Source: the human T2T-CHM13v2.0 reference genome, Homo sapiens. Taken from it: DNA of 64,000 bases. The notes beneath the pieces are model-generated. The model had not been told where the DNA came from. It did not search any database and was given only the letters and a program-made list of their open reading frames with translations. The stretch is taken from assembly GCF_009914755.1 (NCBI RefSeq), contig NC_060931.1; one strand, given 5' to 3'. Below are positions 54,870 through 64,000 of the stretch, piece by piece (position 1 is the first letter of the stretch; every line of letters begins with the position of its first letter). Both the position numbers and the translations under genes were made by a program.

Positions 54870-55869
54870 CACAGATTCTATGTTACTGCAGATCCTTGCT
54901 CCAGAATTAAGACCTGGCCTAAGTTACACCATTCAAGTCCTTAGCTTCAACAATCAGCAAAATGTTAGCTCCTAAATGAATATACCCAGGCATCATACAT
55001 CTCACTATTTATTAGACATATCTACCATGGTGTCCTACAAATACCTCAAATGCAAATGTCAAAAACAAAGTACTCTAAAATTTTATTTTCCTCTGACTGC
55101 TATCTTAATTAAAGCCACCACCATCTAACAATACACAATTCAAAAATCAGGAGGTCACCCCACACGTGTAATCCCTCAGCTCCTAAATCTGTACTTGCCT
55201 CTTCATTTCCACCAAAGCTGCCTTATGTCTTTTACCTAGACTTTTGCAATGACCTTCTTGCTACCTGGCCTCCTTCCTCTCCAGCCTTCACTCCTTCCTT
55301 TGTTCCTTCCACATGGCACTGACGTTTTAAAAATAGAAAGCTTATTATGTCATTTTCCTTCTCACAATCCTTTCATGGCTCCCATCATCTGCAGAATAAA
55401 GTCAACATTCCTTAGGAGGGCATTTAAAAACCCCTTGTGTTCCTGTCCCTGGGTATTGCTCCAAGTACCTCTGTCTTTCATGAACTCCCTGTGTCCCAAC
55501 CACAGCAAACAACTTGAAGGGCCTGGAAAAAGTCACCATCTTTAAGATCTTCTCACATTAGCATTCCCCCCCACCCCCACCCCCAGACTACTTAGCAAGA
55601 TCCTTTTTTCCCCGTCTCGTCAACACTTACTTGAGTCCCCTCATAAGTCACCAACTCCAGGAAGCCTTCCATGTTTAACTCCATGAGTCCATAATGCTCT
55701 TTCATACTATTTTTTAGCACTTACCACCTACTGAGATTCTTAAAGATGGCATCCTGCCCCAAGGAGACTAGAATTATGCTGTAATAACTATTGTATCTTC
55801 ACCGCTTAGCGGCGCTTCACACAAAATAGAGAGTCAATAAATATTTGATAAATAAAAGAATAGTGCAGT

Positions 55870-56051
55870 GATCTGATGAACCCAGCCCCAGCCAGTGTCT
55901 GACTCCTAACCGCATGAGACCCAGAACAAGGACTGCTTAGCCAAGCCCAGTCAACCCCTAGAGCTGTGGAAAGATAGTAATAATGAAAGACCATTGTTAT
56001 ACTCCACTGAATTTGGAATGGTTTGTTATGCAACAATAGGTGACTAGAACA
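55870..56051 (+). mobile_element. MLT1G/H LTR 3' fragment
   Basis: GCATGAGACCC…AGCCCAGTCAACC…GGTTTGTTATGCAACAATAG…AGAACA. Confidence 0.7.
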
Positions 56052-56069
56052 ACCTTAGAAGAGCTATAA

Positions 56070-58842
56070 GACATAATCAACCTGTACTAAGAGAAGCCAG
56101 GAGAGTATCTATGGGCCTGGATCCTGGGGGTGCTAGATCAAGGAGAATAAGGAAGAGTTAGTCTTTGTGAAAGCCCTGCCCCCTGACCCAAGATTTAACA
56201 CTGTGGCAAGGTTCCTGACATGCTGCTAGGTCAGACCTTGGAAGCTTAGGCACACTAACTGGAGGAGAAATGCTGAGTCAAATGGCAGAGAAAGAATACA
56301 ATGCCCAGGGAAGTGGGCATAATATTGTAGATACACTTCATAAGGCCAAAACTCTACAAGACAATGAAGGCCTGGAGGTCACTCCATTTACTAAGGTAAT
56401 CAATCATTTTATTGGCAAGATGGACAGCAATACCATTAAGCTCAGGGATGACTGTCTTCTCTAGGCAAGTCCTGCAATAAGGGATGCTTACATAAAGATG
56501 CTGTCTTTGGCTCATTAATATAATTCTGTAAAGCATCACACCATTCTTCAAGTGGGGTCAAGAGCAGATCAGGACTCTATAACAGACTAGGCTGCAGTGC
56601 AAACAGACCTTCCACATAAGGTATATGACATAAAAGACCTTAGGATTTCAGTAGTACCTGTCATGGGAAAGACAATGTGCTATAGAGTTTTTGGCAAGCC
56701 CTGATAGTAAAATTCCAACCTACACCCCTAAGTTTCTGGAGCAAGGCCATACTATCTGCAGTAGAGAACTATGTGCTAGTTGAAAAATAGCTCCTGTTGC
56801 TATGATTTCTTAAAGGGCTGGGCCTTAGGGTTTCAAGTGACCATTCAGCTAGAATGGTGCCTATCCGTTCTGCTAGATCTGTGAGGCCATAAGTTCTGCT
56901 AGCTCTACAAGGCCGTAAGGTCAGGTAGGCTTACCAACAATGCATTGTAAGTTAGATGTGTTGTATTGAAGATGATCACAGAGATGGAGGACACAAGAAA
57001 AGTGCATGAACATGTGTCCCAGACCCTCATGTCATTCACCACTGTCATCCTGAACCTCTTCCTCAGCTCTTGTAACCTACTGACAGAGGAGGAATTAGGC
57101 CAATTTTGCTTCACAAATGGGCTACTGAATGTGTAGGTGCAAGCTGAAAAACTGTCCTGAAATACAGCCTTACTCAACTGGTGGTTCTGAGAGTCAGGGG
57201 TGAGGTTAAATCCTCTCAAAGGGCAAAGCTTGGATAGTGCACTTGATCACTTACGTTGTGTAGAAAGAAAAGTAATCTAACTTAAGAATATGTATGGACT
57301 TATGGTCTGTGGTGAGTGCCTCTGTTTTTTGTCATGACCCTGGAAGGAGAAAGATAGGAAGATGGGGAATAAAGCAGTCTGTAGAAGATGTATGTGCCTA
57401 AGTCTGTGGAGTGGACACAATTAATGAAGATTTTTGTATCACGTTTTAAGGTTCACCAGAAAGCAACTACCACTGGAGAGCCAGTAAGCAACTAAGCAGA
57501 CAAAATTAGTTGATACCATCCAGTCTCTGTCATTGACCACCTCATATCTATCACGATGGGCTCATGAACAGTGTATGGAGAATAGCAAAGAAGGAGGCTA
57601 TGTGTGGGTCCCACAGCTAGGTTCCCATTCACTAAGGCTGATTAGCTACATCTGTATCTTCAGTCTACCAGCAATAGATACCTGTGCTGAGCCATCACAT
57701 ATGGCACCATTTCTCAAGTTGATCAACTGGCTACTTGGTGAAAAGTTGACTACACTGCACCAATTTTACCACTCAAAAGTAGAAATTCATCTTGACTGGA
57801 AGCAACAGATATCCGGGTACAGGTTTGCCTTTTTTGCTTGCAGGGGCTCAGCCAGCCCCACTACCAAACGCTTGCAAAGTATTTGATCCATGATGTGGAA
57901 TTCCACATAATATTTCTTCAGACCAAGGAGATGTGGCAAAGGAAGTGTATCAGAGGGTCACAGAACTATATCACACCACTAGAAGCTACTAGCCTGATAG
58001 AGTACCGAATGACCACCTGAAGCCCCATTTGAAAATCATGTCCTGTGAGATGGGACGTCATCCTCCAGGTACAGTGTACATGCTCGATCATATATGATGC
58101 TCTGACCCTGATAAGTAGAATATAGAGTCCACGAACCAAGAGACTGGAGTAGGCATGATCCTGCTTATCATTATTCCCAAATGTGCACTTGAAGAAGCTG
58201 TGCTTCCCATTCCTGAAATTCTAGGTTCTACATAACTAGAAGTCTTAATTCCCAGAGGACAATCACAAGGAACATTGCATTAGACTTGAAGCCATTTCTG
58301 CAGCCTGGTAACTTTAGACTCCTTGTTTCTAGATTCCAGCAATCAAGGAAGGAATCACCATACTTGCAGATGTAATTGACGTTGGTCACTGAGGGAGGTA
58401 GAACAGGCATTACATAATGAGGGCAAAAAAGAAATTTGGTCCCCCAAGTGATCCAGTGACACATCTCTCAGTATGCTCCAGTCCAAATTTGACAAGAAAT
58501 AGGTAAGTGTATCAACTGTGGCCTGAGAATGTCATGGTACTAGGGGCTCAGAGAGATGAAGGTCTCAGTCACCCACCAGAAAGCCACAATACAAGCAGAG
58601 GTACTAATCAAGAATGAGAGTCATCTAGAACAGGTGGTAGGGGAGAGAGATGGTGAGTACATATTGTAGCCTCAAGACTGCTGCATTGGCTAGGGGTGAG
58701 GGAGTAGATCCTTCTACTAGCTTTCTTCATCTTGTAGGTTTCCTCAAGAAGAGCGCCAGCCACAGTTCTGGAGTATCTGTTCCTAGACGGAGGTGAATGC
58801 ACTAGATGAAGTGCATGAACCTGAACAACTTGAGGGAAGGAC
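56070..58842 (+). mobile_element. Decayed ERV-L class internal region (ERV3-16A3-like): gag, RT connection/RNase H, integrase, dUTPase remnants
   Basis: Manual translations: KPGEYLWAWILGVLDQG and EGLEVTPFTKVI (gag); FKWGQEQ and FWSKAILSAVENY..EK.LL (pol); LQPGNFRLL and GITILADVID (dUTPase). Many stops and frameshifts. Confidence 0.8.
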
Positions 58843-59282
58843 AGTAGTAGATGCTGGGCTGCTGTCAAGATCCCCCTTACAGTTGGGGCACCCACTCATC
58901 CAGCTGCCCGGATTGTTGAAGGGTAGTGATGGCTCTCAGATGACTCCCTGTCCTGAAATATCCTCAGCCAAGGGAAACTGACTCATCTAAAATTTTGCCC
59001 CCTCCCTGGGCACAGGCTGCACCCATGACTAGTCTTTCTGGGGACACAAAGACTTGATTCCCTTGTCTCAATTGAGACAATTCTCACGGCTGTCTCAAGT
59101 CCAGAGCTCCCTGTCAGCCTCTGTTGAAACTGTATTGCAATTCAACTGCTCCATTTGCCAAGTTCTGCCTTTGCTTCTCCCTTTGCCCCATTCTCATCTT
59201 TCAAGATCTTTACTCGATAAATATTTTGCATAAAAAGCTCAGGGTTGTGGAGTCTGTTTTCCAGGAAACTTGCAATACAACA
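58843..59282 (+). mobile_element. LTR16-like 3' LTR
   Basis: Purine tract GAGGGAAGGAC, then (T)GTAGTAGATGCTG…CTCAATTGAGACAA…GAGTCTGTTTTCCAGGAAAC…ACA. Confidence 0.7.
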
Positions 59283-59391
59283 GATGGGTAAACGAATATT
59301 CAAATAAAGAGATGATCCAATCCACCTGGCTCAACTGTCACGTTGTCAAGGAAAGAAAAGTTCGGTTTTGAGAAGCTTAAAGATGTATGTT

Positions 59392-59759
59392 TGATATGGT
59401 TTGGCTGTGTCCCCATCCAAATCTCAACTTGAATCGTATCTCCCAGAATTCCCATGTGTTGTGGGAGGGACCCAGGGGGAGGTAATTGAATCATGGGGGC
59501 CTGTCTTTCCCTTGTTATTCTCATGGTAGTGAATAAGTCTCATGATATCTGACTCTGATGGGTTTATCAGGGGTTTCTGCCTTTGCTTCTCTTGTCATTC
59601 TCTCTTGCCGCTGCCATGTAAGAAGTGTCTTTAGCCCTCCATGATGATTGTGAGGCCTCTGCAGCCACGTGGAACTGTAAGTCCAATTTTACCTCTTTCT
59701 TTTGTAAATTGCCCAGTCTTGGGTATGTCTTTATCAGCAGTGTGAAAACAAACTATACA
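59392..59759 (+). mobile_element. THE1A 5' LTR
   Basis: TGATATGGTTTGGCTGTGTCCCC…GGGTTTATCAGGGGTTTC…TTATCAGCAGTGTGAAAACAAACTATACA. Confidence 0.92.
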
Positions 59760-60712
<953 letters not shown>

Positions 60713-60753
60713 AGATTCTAGAAAAAGGAGAGAGAAATCAGACAGGGTGCTAG

Positions 60754-61131
60754 TGCCTTAGTCGGCTTCAGGCTGCTATAACAGATTGCTACAGACTGGG
60801 TAAATTATATAGAACAGAAATTTACTTCTCACAGTTCTGGAGGCTGGGAAGTCCAAGATCAAAGGGCTGGCATCTGGTGTTTGGCAAGGACTTTCTCGCT
60901 TCATCCTCTGAAGGGAGAAACACTGTGACCTCACATGGCAGAAGAGTGGAAGAATACAAGGGATAAGCTCTTTCACACAGGCCCCTTTATATATAAACAG
61001 CATTAATTCATTCCCAAAGGCAGAGCCCTTATGATGTAAACATCTCCCAAAAGCTCCACCTCCCAACACTATTGCATTGGATATTACATTTCTAACACAA
61101 GAATCCTGGGGGACATATTCAGGCCATAACA
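60754..61131 (-). mobile_element. MSTC/D-MLT1A-like MaLR LTR
   Basis: TGCCTTAGTC…GGCTGCTATAACA…CACAGTTCTGGAGGCTGGGAAGTCCAAGATCAAG…CCATAACA. Confidence 0.85.
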
Positions 61132-61679
61132 ACGAGATAAGTAGAAATTTCTCCCTCTGGCTCCTCTGGGTTGGGGAGTTAGGGCAGGGTGAGGGAACAT
61201 GCTGGGGAAATGAGATTGGGACATTCATGCTCATGGATGGACCACAGGCTGAGCTTTCCACTGGATGTAAGAGTCACCTTCTCAGATATTATGGAGAATT
61301 TACTTTGTGTGCCTGCACCAAATCACATAGGCCAGAGGAGAATGCTGAATGTTAGAGAAAATTATTGAACAGGGCCAGGTTTAAACTCAAGGTGAAGGGA
61401 ATCTAAATAGGAAGGGTAAGACCTGGCAATGTAGTTATGACCACCTCCATAATTATTAACCCCCAATCCTTGGTTCCAGACTTTTAATCCAAAAGGAGAA
61501 GCATCTATTGGGCATGCCTTCTTGTGTGCCAAGTAATGCATTGTCTACACTTGAAAGGGGATGGGATGTTGGACTTTAAAATCAGTTAAAAAGCCTATTT
61601 CAAATGCAGATTCTGGCCTCCAGAGATTTCAGTAAGAAAGGGACAAGGAATCTGATTTTTCATTTAAGAAGCAGACCAG

Positions 61680-62046
<367 letters not shown>

Positions 62047-62161
62047 TTAATGTCTCCTAGACCAAACAGGCAGACACAGCAGAATGAAGCTCTCCAGCTC
62101 AACTGCAGGGTGGATGTGCCTAGTCTGTCTTGTCCCTCTTCCTTGCCAAGGTGGCCCTTTA

Positions 62162-62483
62162 CAGCTGCCCTGTTCAATACAGATAAGCCACAGGAACTAT
62201 TGAGCATTTGAAACGTGGCTAGTCCAAAGTGAGATGTGCTGCAAATGTAGCACAGACATGGAATTGTGAAGATTTGGCAAAATCAAAAAATGTCAAAGGC
62301 GTCATTAATAATTGTTGATGTTACATACTGAGATGACAATATGTTGGATTTATAGGTTTAAATAAAATATAAACTTGATTTCACTTTTTAAAAACTTTTT
62401 AAAGTAAGGCTACCAGAAAATTTAAAATTACATTTGTGGCTTTAATTTGTGACTTGCATTATATCTCCATTGGGCTGCCCAGG
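62162..62483. mobile_element. MER33 hAT-Charlie MITE
   Basis: TATTGAGCATTTGAAACGTGGCTAGTCC…AGAAAATTTAAAATTACATTTGTGGC. Confidence 0.8.
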
Positions 62484-63278
62484 TCTAGTCAATCCCTGCC
62501 ACAGAACACCGAGCAACACCTCCATCCTGTCCCCAGACCTACTGCTCTTAATCACTGAGGCCCCTTTGGAACTCTAATAACTATAATTTGTGGTTCCTTG
62601 TGTGCCAGAACTGCACTAAAAACCTTATCCATGTTCTCTCATTTAATGTTCACAATCGCCCTCATGAAACAGCCATTTCAATCTCTGGTTCTCAGATACA
62701 CTGCTCCCAGTACTGACCTCTTCTGAAGCTTTTCTGGTGCTGTATTGAAAACCTCCTCCTCTCTGTAAGTCCTCCAGCCACCTCTGAGCTGCTGGAGATC
62801 AGACCCATTTGTATTTTAATTCTCACTTCCTAGCACATGGCGCTCTGGGACGCAGACAGATTAAGTGACTTATCCACCCTCTGGGTCACAGGGCACCAGG
62901 ATTTGAATATGATCTGTCTGCAAAGTCCACGCTTTTTTTGTGTGTTTTTGAAAATCACTTTATTGAGGAATGACACGTAAAAAGCAGTATGCTTTTCAAC
63001 CATCACATATGCCAGCTCCCAGGTGGGCTGCTGTGGGAGCAGGGAAGGGTGCAGGGAGGAGAGCCCACTTCTCTTTCCCTGTGATTATTTTTCCTGCACG
63101 GGGTTGTATGGCCAAAAAGTGCGCAAATAGATTGGTAAACACTAAAGCTGGTCCTCGTTACTGACAGGTGAAAAGAACATGTGTAAGACCCAAAACACCT
63201 AGGAAGGACATTTGTGAGGTGACTAAGCCTGAGCTCCGCCTGTCTCTTTGGAAGCAGCCAAGGTACAGTAAATGCTCT

Positions 63279-63298
63279 TGAACACCAGGGGGCAGTGT
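63279..63298 (+). promoter_or_regulatory. CTCF motif
   Basis: ACACCAGGGGGCAG, one mismatch from CCACCAGGGGGCAG, in unique sequence. Confidence 0.45.
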
Positions 63299-64000
63299 GT
63301 GACCGCCGTTTCTCATCCCGCTCCCTACAGAGCCTCAAAGCAGTTTTTCCCAGTAAAGCTGATCTCTGCTACATGGGTCCTAAGTCTGAGCCTCTGTCAC
63401 CTCTGTCAACAAGACTTTCCTTGAGTGACAAAAACTGAACTTAAGTAATGTAAGTGCCCACAACAGCTGAAGTCTGAGCAATTCTTAGCGGCAGGAAGAT
63501 GTTTCTCTTGCTGCCTGAACTACTCCTAGAATGGTAGAGCATCAAAGAACCATAGCTCCTTAAGCATCTCTGGGCAAGAGGTGCCTGACCCCTATCCCTG
63601 ATGGCACTGAGTCCTGTCTGGGACACTCTATTACATTTCTTTTCTGTCTTTCTCCTTCCTTTCACCTACAAGTAAATCTTTTCTGTTTTAAGAAATCAGT
63701 CAAGGCATCAGCAATGAACTCTGGGTATGAGACGCCCACTCATAGGAGCTCAAAATCCCCAAGCTCCTGGGTATTTTCACATGGATGGGATGCTCTCCTC
63801 ACCCTCAGTGTGCCCCAGCCGCGGCTCACCACCCTCGGCCCCTCCCCTTGTGGGTTCCCTTCTCAATGCCCTGCACCTGGGAGCCTCCCTCTCACCCAGA
63901 CTTTGCCATGACCTTGTTCTGCTCACTCTCTTCTCCTTTCCCTGCCTCTGGCTATTCCCTGTCACCCACTGACTCCGTGGAAGAGGACCCCCTCCCAGCT

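Larger units (their letters stand above)
53385..55861 (+). mobile_element. L2 (RT region to 3' end) with nested MER117-like MITE, ERV1 LTR and L1
   Basis: CTTGACCTTTCTGTGGCTCTTGACA (L2 RT) at ~53415; resumes ~54930; ends CAATAAATATTTGATAAATAAA. Confidence 0.65.

Noticed and set aside
55566-55584. C7-A-C5-A-C5 tract (G-quadruplex on the minus strand)
   Set aside because: Only three runs, inside an L2 remnant, with no supporting context.
60776-61261. 161-aa minus-strand ORF
   Set aside because: Lies mostly within a MaLR LTR.

Overview
Primate (human-like) non-coding genomic DNA, intergenic or deep intronic. I recognise no protein-coding exon, tRNA, rRNA or CpG island. The listed ORFs are short chance frames or read through Alu, LTR or microsatellite sequence. 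Roughly half or more of the window is interspersed repeats: 12 Alus (J, S, Y), old L1M and L2 fragments, MIRs, MaLR/ERVL/ERV1/ERVK LTRs, a decayed ERV-L internal region with gag/pol/dUTPase remnants, and DNA-transposon fossils (Zaphod/MER115, MER6, Tigger15-like, MER33, MER5). Many are nested, with recognisable target-site duplications (TSDs). Family names come from my recall of consensus sequences, not a database search, so subfamily calls and old-repeat boundaries are approximate. I found no convincing new biological system. The best leads are: (i) a MER11C LTR inserted into a MER41B LTR just upstream of its STAT1/GAS motifs; (ii) an AluY with a strand-coordinated cluster of C>A/C>G transversions; (iii) an inverted Alu-in-Alu; (iv) repeat-free islands with FOX::ETS, NF-kB and CTCF motifs; (v) a possible ancient L1 3' transduction.
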